Origin: a virus
Lineage: Duplodnaviria; Caudoviricetes
DNA: 64,000 bases
Virus record (IMG/VR): IMGVR_UViG_3300038345_000076
Location: 41,851-105,850 of that record
Reading direction: 5' to 3' (one strand)
The translations under genes and the position numbers were made by a program. The first letter of the stretch is position 1. Every line of letters starts with the position of its first letter. The notes beneath the pieces were generated by a model. That model was not told the origin of the DNA. It saw only the letters and a program-made list of their open reading frames with translations, and did no database searches. Below, piece by piece: positions 8,873 through 18,444 of this stretch.

Positions 8873-8912
8873 AACTTGATTGAATTTTAGAAATAGAATA
8901 CCAAACTATTAG

Positions 8913-9380
8913 TCAGATAGTTTGGTATGCGAAAGACTTTGCAGCTTTGAAGTCAAAACCGAAACTCAACAAAGTTTCCTTTGATATGCGCAAGTCCTTC
9001 ATCTTCTCTTTCAGGCGCATAAACCAGTTGTCGCGTCTTTCGAGAAAAGAAAGTTTCTGTGATTCATCTTTGAATCCGTGAGAGAGTTCATCTTTCAGAT
9101 CCTCAAAGTCGAAACGCGCAAACTTGCAAACTCTTTCGACCATTGGAATAGAAAGCAAAGTATCAAGCGCAACTTTGTTGCCATATTCAGTCAACTTGTT
9201 ACGCGCATCATTGGCAAAGATCGGCTGAGAAACTTTTCTCGTACTCTGACTTTGCCAGTAGTTTTGTTCCTTCATCTTCAGGAAATTCCAAAACTCTGTG
9301 TAGGGAATCTTCTGATCGATGGCTTCACGCTCCCAATCTTCTAAGATTGAGGAGGAAATAAAAGTCTTTTCTTGTTTCAT
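8913..9380 (-). CDS. Hypothetical protein (155 aa)
   Basis: Start moved to MKQEKTF. Confidence 0.65.
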   Translation of the reverse strand: MKQEKTFISSSILEDWEREAIDQKIPYTEFWNFLKMKEQNYWQSQSTRKVSQPIFANDARNKLTEYGNKVALDTLLSIPMVERVCKFARFDFEDLKDELSHGFKDESQKLSFLERRDNWFMRLKEKMKDLRISKETLLSFGFDFKAAKSFAYQTI

Positions 9381-9944
9381 CTTTTTCTGTAAAATTGTAG
9401 GCAGCACAAAGTCTTTCATTTGCACTGCCTGGATTATGGCCTGATAGTGACAAACTTTTGAGCCTGCAATGCCATACCTACTATATTGCCAAAGTAAACT
9501 TTGACCAGGGCTCGTCACCACTGCGTTTGGAGATTGCAGAAAGTTTTTCACCACCAGACCGAACTAATGATAAAATTCAATTATGGACTTTTTCTAATAT
9601 CGGCACATATAGTTTGCGGCTTCCATTTCACACGCAAAAACAACTTTATAAGACTGAATAATGCACTCAAACCTTTTGTTCCCAAACTTTGAAATGCAAT
9701 ACTTTCAGCCCGAAAGTTATTCCGATCTAAATAAGTCTGTCAAGTAAGAACCGCCACAAAGAAACTTTGCAGCATGGGAAATGATTCTCACAAGACAAAG
9801 AACAAATAAAAGATGCAACCAGATAGAAAGTATTTCATTTCGTTTCCGGCTGCAAAAATTAGTGGCTCTCAAGTTACTCAAAAACTTTTGTACGTCAAAT
9901 AATCGTATTAGCCAAACTTTTGCGACACCAAAAATAAAAGCATG

Positions 9945-9982
9945 AAAAAAGGGCTACAGACTTTTTGCGGTCTGTAGCCCTT
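9945..9982 (-). terminator. Intrinsic terminator
   Basis: AAGGGCTACAGAC/GTCTGTAGCCCTT stem followed by a U-tract on the minus strand, after the 9996..10781 gene. Confidence 0.75.
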
Positions 9983-9995
9983 CTAACTTTGAGAG

Positions 9996-10781
9996 TTAAG
10001 AGAAAACTCTTTCCAAAATTGCGCTTATTTGCTCTTTCGAAAAATTGTTTTCCTTTGCTTTAGCAATCGACGTTTCAACATTGACCAAGATACGGCGGTA
10101 ATCTGCAATTTGATTGCTCAACTTCTTTTGTGCTTCCTGCTTACTTGAATAGTAACGAATTGCCAATAAAATATTGGCTGTTGTTATATCTCTATATTCA
10201 ACAAACAGATTGACAGTGAAAGATACACCGTTTTCTTCAGCCCTCAAGGTGCAATCTGTATAACGGTTGTTGCCGTCTTTGTCTTGACATTGGTTGCCTC
10301 TGAAAATTGCAACCTTGCCGCCTTCGATATAGTTTGACTCTTTCAACTCTAAAACCTTGCAAGCGGTTAAGACCTTATTATATAAAGTCTTGTTTTCCTG
10401 CAACTTCTCCAGAACTTCAGCAAATGTAAGATTATTGGCAGCGTCGATCTCGTCGGTGTGTGCTTCAAGATACTTCTTCTTTGCGTCTGCAATCGTAACC
10501 GCTTTAGTCTCTTCTGTCATAATTCCAGATTCAACTAAAGGAGTTAACGCCTTCTGTAGTTCAGAGTCGTCAAACTTAATAGGACAAAAATAGTCTGCAA
10601 TCTCAATAGAAAAAAGTTGATTTTTGTCGATTTTCTCAATAGCCTCCTCCGCTTTTGCAGATTCAACTAAATTAAAATTGCCACTAACTTTGCCCTTTGT
10701 CTGTGTGGCGTCCTTTACTTCAACTTCTGGAAGGTTGTTACTATTATTCACAACGTTTTCCTTCTTTGTCTTTTTACTCAT
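9996..10781 (-). CDS. Hypothetical protein (261 aa), first gene of the leftward early arm
   Basis: Long ORF directly downstream of a consensus promoter. Confidence 0.8.
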   Translation of the reverse strand: MSKKTKKENVVNNSNNLPEVEVKDATQTKGKVSGNFNLVESAKAEEAIEKIDKNQLFSIEIADYFCPIKFDDSELQKALTPLVESGIMTEETKAVTIADAKKKYLEAHTDEIDAANNLTFAEVLEKLQENKTLYNKVLTACKVLELKESNYIEGGKVAIFRGNQCQDKDGNNRYTDCTLRAEENGVSFTVNLFVEYRDITTANILLAIRYYSSKQEAQKKLSNQIADYRRILVNVETSIAKAKENNFSKEQISAILERVFS

Positions 10782-10865
10782 AATTGCTAATATTTAAGGG
10801 TGTTACAAAATGTCAATTTTTACCGCTTTTTTTGCGGTGGTTACTCTCTCGTAACCTTTCACCTG

Positions 10866-10897
10866 CAAAGATACATTATAATACTTAATAATACAAA
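10866..10897 (-). promoter_or_regulatory. Bacteroidetes sigmaA-type promoter
   Basis: TTTG-N20-TATCTTTG on the minus strand. Confidence 0.75.
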
Positions 10898-11710
10898 AAA
10901 TAATACTTTAAATTACGTTTATAATGTGACTTTTTCCGAAATATTTACAAAATTAAAATTGAAGGTATTATTTTGCAATCTCTACTTTGCAAAATAAAGC
11001 TTTTTTGTCGGATCTGACTTCATGAAATGATATATATTATATAAAAAAATCTATTGTTTAGGCTGTTCTTCTCAATACCTATATATATATTAAGTATGAT
11101 TATTATTTGCGCTTAATTTGCGCTTTATGGTTGTTATAATATAATAAAGTGGTATTATTTACCTTTGCATCTATTTGCAACCAGATACGACATAATACGA
11201 CGTAATACATGATATTATATATATAGAGAGAGAAAAAAAAAGAAATGTATTTATATTGTTTGTTTGTTTGTTTGTGATTTATTTTATTTTGTGATGCAAT
11301 TTTGTTAAGAAAAAAAGACTTTAGTACGATATTTATAAGTATTTGATTTTCAAGCGGTTAGAGATGTTACATTATAGTTATAATGTGACTTTTTTTGTGT
11401 TGTTTTTTGTCGTTTTTTTAGACGGGTACCCCCCTTTTAACAACTTTGGGGAGCCCTACTGACCTCTCGCCGAGATTTTTTATTTTTATTTTTTAAAATT
11501 TTCGTTTTGATTTTCAAATTTTTGTGAATTTAGTGTAGGTTATTGGAAATCCTACACGGAAAAATGCAGAAATCGTTCATTGTCTGAAAGCCTTATAAAT
11601 AAAGGGTTTATTTTTGCACAATGTAGGTTGTGAACGATAAATAGCACTCCTATATAGGTTTTTTGTAATTTAATAAAAGGGTGATAATAATATATATATA
11701 ATCGTACATT

Positions 11711-13189
11711 ATGGCGAAAAAGGGTGAAAAATCGTGCATTAAGGACGTTTTACAGGCTGAGATTGGCAGATATTCGGGTCAATTACAGTCATGTATTGAC
11801 AAGGGATCGTTGCTGAGAGCCTATCAGACCCGTCGCAGGAGCGAACGCCTTTATGCCTATCACTCGATACTCCGTGATGCCTGTTGCAGTTGTTTCCGAG
11901 GTACATCTATGAGTAATGACGGCAAGAAGTGTGTTGTCTGGGGATTTAATGGTAAGTATTGGACTCCGTTATCCCCTGTTGTCTTCCGTGACAGCGTAGG
12001 TCAGGCATTGATAGCCGCTGCTGGAGCAGGTGATTTCGTTGTCAAGGGTGACTGGATAGAGAAGCAGAATACGTTATTGCAGAGTGCATACGCAGGTGTA
12101 TGCGTATCACCCTTGGAGAAGAACCCTGCTGTTGTCGGTTTCAGGAATGGTGTATGGGATTTCACTGATATTGAGAATCCCGTCTATCACTCGTTTACGG
12201 ACATGATGCCTGTTACCGATTTATTGGGTTATGATTATGATCCTACGGCATCATGTAAGATGTGGCAGTCGTTCCTAAGTATGATGCTAAACCAGAAAGA
12301 CATCTTGAAGTTGCAGAAGTACCTTGGTCTTGGCTGTGTCAATCGTCGTTTGATGTCAAATGTCGTTGAGGACACCTTGTGGCTCATTGGCAGTGGTGCG
12401 AATGGTAAGACCACCATTGAGGATGTAGTCAGAGCCGTTTATGGCTATGATAATGTCAGCGAGGCTTCGATGGGTGAACTGTTAGACAGGAATCAGATCA
12501 GCCGTATGCTGACGATGAGCAATATCGACGGCAAGATATTCAATATCTGTAGTGAGGTTGACATGAGTGATATCAGCAGGGGCAGTGATGCCTTCAAGCG
12601 TCTGTGCAGCGGTGAGCCTCAGAATGCGAGAGGTATTGGTGAGAATGTCCGCAGGATATATGACATACCGTTTCTGATATTCTCGATGAACCAGCGTCCC
12701 GTGAATAAGCGAATGGATGCCGCCTTCAGACGCAGGATAGTTGAGATTGTCTTCAATCAGTCTATAAGAGAGGAAGACATGGATGCTGGTTTGGGGGATA
12801 AGTTGAAGAAAGAATTGCCGGGTATCAGGAACTGGATGATAGAGGGTTACAAGATGCTTGTCAGAGACGGATTCCGCTTTGACCATTGTAATTCCGAGGA
12901 CTATATGGAGTACAATGACCAGTTCTTTGACATCTTCGCCCGTCACGACGGATTACGTGCGAGTGCGTGGGCGGGTCGTGGTGAGAAGGCTCAGTTGGTA
13001 AGTTTTGCCACTCTCTACGACAAATACGTTGATTTCTGCAAGCGCAAAGGCTATGGTCAGGAAACTCCGTCTGAGAAATCTTTGTCCCAGGATTTGAAGC
13101 GTCTGAACTTCCGCAAGGTGCGCAAGGCTGCAGGTGTATTCTACGAGGTATATTGTGAGAACGAACTTGAATATGCAGTGAAGTTATGA
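11711..13189 (+). CDS. D5-like / P4-family phage primase-associated SF3 helicase
   Basis: D5_N-like segment (GFRNGVWD...YDYDPTA...W..FL), Walker A GSGANGKTT, motif C FSMN, AFRRRI. Confidence 0.85.
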   Translation: MAKKGEKSCIKDVLQAEIGRYSGQLQSCIDKGSLLRAYQTRRRSERLYAYHSILRDACCSCFRGTSMSNDGKKCVVWGFNGKYWTPLSPVVFRDSVGQALIAAAGAGDFVVKGDWIEKQNTLLQSAYAGVCVSPLEKNPAVVGFRNGVWDFTDIENPVYHSFTDMMPVTDLLGYDYDPTASCKMWQSFLSMMLNQKDILKLQKYLGLGCVNRRLMSNVVEDTLWLIGSGANGKTTIEDVVRAVYGYDNVSEASMGELLDRNQISRMLTMSNIDGKIFNICSEVDMSDISRGSDAFKRLCSGEPQNARGIGENVRRIYDIPFLIFSMNQRPVNKRMDAAFRRRIVEIVFNQSIREEDMDAGLGDKLKKELPGIRNWMIEGYKMLVRDGFRFDHCNSEDYMEYNDQFFDIFARHDGLRASAWAGRGEKAQLVSFATLYDKYVDFCKRKGYGQETPSEKSLSQDLKRLNFRKVRKAAGVFYEVYCENELEYAVKL

Positions 13190-13572
13190 AAAAATTGAAG
13201 TTTAACATACCTATATACGACTTTGATATTACTCTTGTTCAGATTGAAGAGAAGAGTGACAAGGATAAGGTTCTTTCCGTGCTGAAAGAAATTAAGTGCA
13301 CACAAGAACACATGGATAGTGTCTCTGATTATATTGATAGAGGCTGTTATGGTGGTGGTGACACTTTCTACAACTTTGACATAAGAGCAATGGTTATTGT
13401 CTTTTACACATTTAGGAGTGAGGAAAGCAGATGGGAGGTGTATTCTCACGAAAAGAGGCATATTGAAGACAGGGTGCTTCAGCACTCTCACGTTGACGAT
13501 ATTGAATCGGCAGGACTTCTTGCAGGGTATCTTGGAAGGAAGTTTTATCATTTTATGCAATTAGTAAAGTAG
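13186..13572 (+). CDS. Hypothetical protein with HExxH motif
   Basis: SHEKRH followed by a downstream E, zincin-like. Confidence 0.6.
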   Translation: MKKLKFNIPIYDFDITLVQIEEKSDKDKVLSVLKEIKCTQEHMDSVSDYIDRGCYGGGDTFYNFDIRAMVIVFYTFRSEESRWEVYSHEKRHIEDRVLQHSHVDDIESAGLLAGYLGRKFYHFMQLVK

Positions 13573-13580
13573 AGATAGTT

Positions 13581-13934
13581 ATGGTAATAGATAGTGATAA
13601 GTATTTCATACACTCTAACGCATGGTGGTGGGGCGTTGACTGTCGGATTATCCGTAGGGATGGTGCAGGTGTTGTCAATATCAATTTTGATAATTCAATG
13701 CCAGAGACCTGCTACATCGAGGGATTGAGTGTTGTTGAGAATGAGAGGGGGAACGGCATTGGTCGAAGTCTTCTTGAACTCTGTGAGGTGGTTGCAAGGC
13801 AGGAGGGTAAGACTTTTCTTTCTCTTTCTGTCGAAAAGGATCATCCGTGGTTAGTGGAATGGTACAAAAGAATGGGTTTCTGCATCTACAGTATCGAAGA
13901 CCATACTTTTCTTATGATTAAATGCTTGAAGTAA
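13581..13934 (+). CDS. GNAT family acetyltransferase
   Basis: LSVVENERGNGIGRSLL motif A; WYKRMGF. Confidence 0.85.
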   Translation: MVIDSDKYFIHSNAWWWGVDCRIIRRDGAGVVNINFDNSMPETCYIEGLSVVENERGNGIGRSLLELCEVVARQEGKTFLSLSVEKDHPWLVEWYKRMGFCIYSIEDHTFLMIKCLK

Positions 13935-13949
13935 CAAATTTTTTGAATT

Positions 13950-14474
13950 ATGAAAGAATACAAGATTTTGTTTGCCGATTTGGATGGCACGTTGATCACT
14001 ACGGCGAGCGGCAAGACGTTTTCCGAGGATTGTACGGATTTCCGCGTTCGGAAAGAGGTTCTTGACAAGATTAAGACGATGAAAGGTCTGGAATACCTGT
14101 CAATCGTCACGAATCAAGGAGGCGTTCCTCAGTTTATATCTCAGCATGACGTTGAGGTGAAGATTAGGAGTATTGCGGAGTTTATTCGCTTATATTTTTC
14201 TCAAAAACCTTTCAATCCAGAAGATAATGAGGGTCTAAAAATCATTTGTGAATATTGCGCTTCGATGGAGAAAGACCACCCATGCCGTAAACCAAACACT
14301 GGTATGCTCGAAAACTTTTTGAAATATTCTGGTTGTAAGAAAGCTGACAAGTCTGTTATGCTGATGATTGGTGATGCCAGTGGAAAGCCAGGGCAATTCT
14401 CTGACAGTGACAAGAAGTGTGCCGAGAACTTTGGCATTGATTATCTGGACGTAGAAGATTTCTTAAATGCTTGA
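13950..14474 (+). CDS. HAD-IIIA DNA/polynucleotide 3'-phosphatase-like protein
   Basis: DLDGTLI, TNQGG, RKPNTGM, GDASG...SDSD motifs. Confidence 0.85.
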   Translation: MKEYKILFADLDGTLITTASGKTFSEDCTDFRVRKEVLDKIKTMKGLEYLSIVTNQGGVPQFISQHDVEVKIRSIAEFIRLYFSQKPFNPEDNEGLKIICEYCASMEKDHPCRKPNTGMLENFLKYSGCKKADKSVMLMIGDASGKPGQFSDSDKKCAENFGIDYLDVEDFLNA

Positions 14475-14477
14475 ATT

Positions 14478-14720
14478 ATGGAAAAAGCAAGGGATAAGTT
14501 CAGGATTGGTCAGTTGGTTCAGATAATAGTCCACAACTCGCATTATCATGAATTTGGAAGGATTGTGGCATTCGACGAACACAACGAGTACAATGTCAAA
14601 GTTCAGTTTGATGATAATTTCGCGCAGGGCTATATGGTAAGCGAATTGAGACCTGTTCCGAGACTTGGGGAAAAACTTCCATTAAATAAGAAACTTAGAT
14701 CAATATTTCGTAAGTTATGA
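14478..14720 (+). CDS. Small SH3/KOW-like hypothetical protein
   Basis: FRIGQLVQI...GRIV...VKVQF pattern. Confidence 0.55.
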   Translation: MEKARDKFRIGQLVQIIVHNSHYHEFGRIVAFDEHNEYNVKVQFDDNFAQGYMVSELRPVPRLGEKLPLNKKLRSIFRKL

Positions 14721-14974
14721 GGATATTAAAGAAAATAAAGAGATTGTGGTATCGGTGGCGCAATAGCGATCCCGTCCACAAATGTCCTGTTTACAAAAAC
14801 GAGGGCTGTGTGTTTGTCGATGGCATTTTTTGTCCGTTCCCAGATTGTGACATAGTTCACAAGTACCTTGGTCATAAGTTTGTCGGATGCGCATATTGCC
14901 AATACAATCAAGAATGCTGTAGCAGGAATTACGGGCTTGGTTGTTATGACGGTAAACCTGATAATTCTTGCTAA
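14717..14974 (+). CDS. Cys-rich hypothetical protein
   Basis: ORF overlaps the previous stop (ATGA). Confidence 0.6.
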   Translation: MRILKKIKRLWYRWRNSDPVHKCPVYKNEGCVFVDGIFCPFPDCDIVHKYLGHKFVGCAYCQYNQECCSRNYGLGCYDGKPDNSC

Positions 14975-15052
14975 TTCTTTCAAGAGTTGCAAGAAATGGA
15001 AAGAACTGAAAAGAACTGAAAAGAAACTTTATTCACAAAAACTTTAAGATAT

Positions 15053-15343
15053 ATGAAGTACAAAAAGAAACCAGTCATTATTGACGCAATTCAAGTGAGT
15101 GCAAGGAACTTTGACCGTATCTGTGATTTTATGGGATGCACGCCAGAGCAGTATCTTAACCCTATGTCAGACATTGACGAGTTTGGTGACAGCCGTGACT
15201 CTTATCTTGGTGTCTATGTTGAAACATTGGAAGGCAAGATGCTTGCCAACATCGGCGACATGATCATCAAGGGTGTCAACGGCGAGTTCTACCCTTGCAA
15301 GCCTGACATTTTCGCAAAAACTTACGAGAAAGTAGAAGAGTAA
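15053..15343 (+). CDS. Conserved phage protein (PGDYG-like)
   Basis: KKKPVIIDA...TLEG...GDMIIKGVNGEFYPCKPDIF. Confidence 0.75.
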   Translation: MKYKKKPVIIDAIQVSARNFDRICDFMGCTPEQYLNPMSDIDEFGDSRDSYLGVYVETLEGKMLANIGDMIIKGVNGEFYPCKPDIFAKTYEKVEE

Positions 15344-15371
15344 TTTGTTTCACTTTTAAAAATTTAGATTT

Positions 15372-15866
15372 ATGGATTTCGGAAAAGCAATTATCGCTCT
15401 GAAACAGGGCAAAGCCATTCAGAGAAGTGGCTGGAATGGTAAGGGATTGTTTGTCGTTAAGCAGATTCCTGCCAGTATTAACGCCGACATCATCCCGAAG
15501 ATGCAGTCGCTACCTCAGTCCGCGAAAGACATTCTTATGTCACGCGAGAATCCGCACATCGACTACACTAATCAGATGCTTATTGTGAATCCCGACGGTC
15601 GTGCCGACTCATGGGTTCCGTCTTCGTCAGACGTTTTCGCAGAAGACTGGCGTATCATCGGCGAGGAAGAGACTTTCCTTACCCGTCTGAAGGAAGAGGC
15701 AGCGGAACTTTATTACAGACATGAGAAACTTGGCGAGTTCCTTGGCTCTGATAAAGTTGATGTTGTGTCTGACAAACAGAAAGAGTTACTGAAGCGTCAG
15801 TACGATGCCATGACGGAGTACGGAAAGATACTCGACGAGCGTATTGTAGATATTGAGAACAGTTAA
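15372..15866 (+). CDS. tad2: DUF2829/Tad2-like anti-Thoeris sponge fused to a crAss001_48-like helical domain
   Basis: MDFGKAIIALKQGKAIQRSGWNGKG...WVPSSSDVFAEDW is the DUF2829 signature; C-terminal RLKEE..EL...KL..FL...LL..Q..AM..Y..IL.ERI. Confidence 0.7.
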   Translation: MDFGKAIIALKQGKAIQRSGWNGKGLFVVKQIPASINADIIPKMQSLPQSAKDILMSRENPHIDYTNQMLIVNPDGRADSWVPSSSDVFAEDWRIIGEEETFLTRLKEEAAELYYRHEKLGEFLGSDKVDVVSDKQKELLKRQYDAMTEYGKILDERIVDIENS

Positions 15867-15898
15867 TACTATTGTTTCACTTTTAATTTGTTTTTATT

Positions 15899-16420
15899 AT
15901 GGGAATTATTATTGTTGGACAGAAAAAGCAGAAGACCGTTAATATGGGCGGTGTAACTATTGTGCCTGACAGCGGTGTAAATGCAGCTAACAAAGGCGGC
16001 ATGACTGCCGAAGAGAAGAAGGCTCTGGTTGAGAAAATTATGGAAATGCCGAAAGACCAGATTGTTCCTGAGTTGCGCAAGCACGGCTTCACTGACATTG
16101 CCGACATTACCGAGGCTCAGATGAAGGAAGCTGAGAAAGATGCGCAGGAAGATGCCCGTGAGAAGCGTCTTGCCGAGATTATGGCTCTGCCTGTTGACGA
16201 GCGTCTGCCACTGTTGCTTGCCGAGGGTTACGAGGATGAAGCCAAGAAACTCTCTGAGGAACTTGCAGCCGAGCAGGGTGGAGAGTCTTCTGGAAATGCA
16301 GAAGACACTACGGCTGAAGACGGCGAGGGCGAGAAAACTGAGACCGATGATGGTGACGGCGATGGTGAAATTGAGCCTGAGAAGAGAAAGGTCGGTCGCC
16401 CTAAGAAGAGTGAAGAGTAA
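15899..16420 (+). CDS. Acidic protein with C-terminal AT-hook-like motif
   Basis: E/D-rich tail ending KRKVGRPKK. Confidence 0.7.
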   Translation: MGIIIVGQKKQKTVNMGGVTIVPDSGVNAANKGGMTAEEKKALVEKIMEMPKDQIVPELRKHGFTDIADITEAQMKEAEKDAQEDAREKRLAEIMALPVDERLPLLLAEGYEDEAKKLSEELAAEQGGESSGNAEDTTAEDGEGEKTETDDGDGDGEIEPEKRKVGRPKKSEE

Positions 16421-16437
16421 TTCAAGAGTTTTGTGCT

Positions 16438-17175
16438 ATGAGTAAGATTGATAGACTTAATAAACAATTCACTGCATTTGTAAACCAACTGACTCCTGAC
16501 CAAGTTCGGGAGCAGTTGGTTCTCGCATATCTCCAGATGGAGAAATGTCAGACGGTGTTGAGGGGCTACGACGTTGAGCCTGTTGAAATGATGGATAATG
16601 GCGAAAGTTCCGACTTGGAACTTTTCTACCGTTGCAAGAAAGCCGCCGAGGAACTGGCTTATCTGAACCAGATGGTTCACGATGGTAAGAAAGTCGGTGC
16701 TATTGAGTTGAAAGTGAAAGTTGACACCGATCCTGCCATACTTAGCCTAAAAGAACTTCGTGAAGAGTTCTGCAAGATGGCAGATTCAATGAAGCCAAAA
16801 GCCTTGCAAGTTGGGTCAGTGGTCTATTTCCTCAATAAAGGGCGCATCCACAAGTCCACGATAAAGGACGTATGTGGATTACATGCAGTAACTTTTGAGC
16901 CTTGCTTCCATGTCAATGGTTATGACAATGTTTTTCTTGCCAGTTCCATCTATGATTCCGCTGTTCGTTTGGCTTCTACTATTGGCAAACTTGTAAATAA
17001 CCATATTTCTGTTTCCTCAGACCATGAATCGGCATATTTTATAGACCAGACAAGTCGTGTATTCAAAGCCGCCAAATGGTATCTGGAAGAGCAGAAGATA
17101 GAACATTTTAAAAGTTTGAATGCTATGAGGGAGTATCTGCTAAAGAATATTGTTGATGACACTAAAATAGAGTAA
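16438..17175 (+). CDS. Hypothetical protein (245 aa)
   Basis: ORF track. Confidence 0.7.
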   Translation: MSKIDRLNKQFTAFVNQLTPDQVREQLVLAYLQMEKCQTVLRGYDVEPVEMMDNGESSDLELFYRCKKAAEELAYLNQMVHDGKKVGAIELKVKVDTDPAILSLKELREEFCKMADSMKPKALQVGSVVYFLNKGRIHKSTIKDVCGLHAVTFEPCFHVNGYDNVFLASSIYDSAVRLASTIGKLVNNHISVSSDHESAYFIDQTSRVFKAAKWYLEEQKIEHFKSLNAMREYLLKNIVDDTKIE

Positions 17176-17177
17176 TC

Positions 17178-17795
17178 ATGGAAGAGAAAAAAACGGAAAA
17201 TTTGAGCACGATACCTTACGGTAAGCCTGCGAGAATCGGTAATTTCAAGATTTGGAAGAGCAAGTTTGAACTTGTGAGCGACCCGACCGAAGATCATCGT
17301 AAAAAGGTTGCTGAAGAAAGCAAAGGGAAAAAGAAAGCGGTTCGGCAGAAAGTGACTATTGACTGCATCAACGTTTCAATTCTTGATGGCTCCTGGATGG
17401 TACGTATTCCACAGACTTTTGAGCAGTTTGCCATGCTCAGTCTTGCTTATGCGTGGTCTCTGAGTGATGACAAGGATGAACAGGTAAAAGGAAGTGACTA
17501 TCTGCGTACAGCCATATCGAATATGTACTACGTTTCCTGCATCTGCAACGGATTCTTCCATCATGGCGTTGAAATGGTTACGTCTGCATACGTTGATCCC
17601 GAATTGCTCAAAGAGAATGAGCGTCACGAGGCTTTCCTGAAAGATGCCAAACTGACTATTGAGCGATTCCTGGACTGGCGCAAGGGATATGACGAAATGG
17701 TAGCAGCAGGAGAGCCGAGTGACCGTGAACTTCATCAAGACGAGATTGCAGAGCAGGCAATGGAGATTCTTGCCGATGGAGATAAGAAAGAATAA
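17178..17795 (+). CDS. Hypothetical protein (205 aa)
   Basis: ORF track. Confidence 0.7.
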   Translation: MEEKKTENLSTIPYGKPARIGNFKIWKSKFELVSDPTEDHRKKVAEESKGKKKAVRQKVTIDCINVSILDGSWMVRIPQTFEQFAMLSLAYAWSLSDDKDEQVKGSDYLRTAISNMYYVSCICNGFFHHGVEMVTSAYVDPELLKENERHEAFLKDAKLTIERFLDWRKGYDEMVAAGEPSDRELHQDEIAEQAMEILADGDKKE

Positions 17796-17825
17796 AACCT
17801 ACCGATTTCGATAGGTTTAAGTGCA

Positions 17826-17855
17826 ATAAAGTGGTCGAATTTGACCACTTTTTTA
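17826..17855. terminator. Bidirectional terminator between convergent operons
   Basis: AAAGTGGTC-GAATTT-GACCACTTT with A/T flanks. Confidence 0.65.
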
Positions 17856-18443
17856 TTCTTCTGCATCAAGTGCAGCTTGAATTATCTTCTTTGAAAGTTT
17901 GATTACCCTGCCCATTTCAACGGGACGGATAATATTTCCTTTTTCATCCTTGCATTTCTTTGCTTCCTCATTATAGGCATAGAGTAGGGGACACTGGCTG
18001 CATTTTGAAGGGAAATAGAAATTAATTGCATCTGTATCGTCTTCCGTACCTTGCTCATTCTCTTTCTTGATGTCATTGTACTTTGCATAGAGGTCTGCAC
18101 GTTCTTTGGAGCCTACTGGCTGCTGTTTTGCAGAACAAAGTATCTCTTTCAATACTTCCTCAGTTCCAATCAATTCCACTTCATCAATAGAGACAGGCGT
18201 TGCAGAGCCGTCTTTTACTCTCTGCTTGCGTTTGTCGAGAAGTTTCTTGAACTTCGCGCTTTCTACAATGTTCTTGCGTATGCTGTCATTCTGTTGTGAA
18301 GCCAGTGCTTCGTTTTCAGGGAAAGCAATGGCGTAGGCATCCTGTTCGGAATACCCAACCGCTATAAGATCAGCCATGACTAAATACTGGACGGTGACGT
18401 TCAGTTTCTTTGCTTCTGTCTGTTTTTGCTTTGATAGTTCCAT
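17853..18443 (-). CDS. Possible terminase small subunit
   Basis: HTH-like N-terminus and helical core (EEVLKEI...ERADL); lies in the packaging operon. Confidence 0.4.
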   Translation of the reverse strand: MELSKQKQTEAKKLNVTVQYLVMADLIAVGYSEQDAYAIAFPENEALASQQNDSIRKNIVESAKFKKLLDKRKQRVKDGSATPVSIDEVELIGTEEVLKEILCSAKQQPVGSKERADLYAKYNDIKKENEQGTEDDTDAINFYFPSKCSQCPLLYAYNEEAKKCKDEKGNIIRPVEMGRVIKLSKKIIQAALDAEE

Positions 18444-18444
18444 C

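Noticed and set aside
15000-15027. AAAGAACTGA short tandem repeat
   Set aside because: Only 2-3 copies in an A-rich intergenic region with no supporting context
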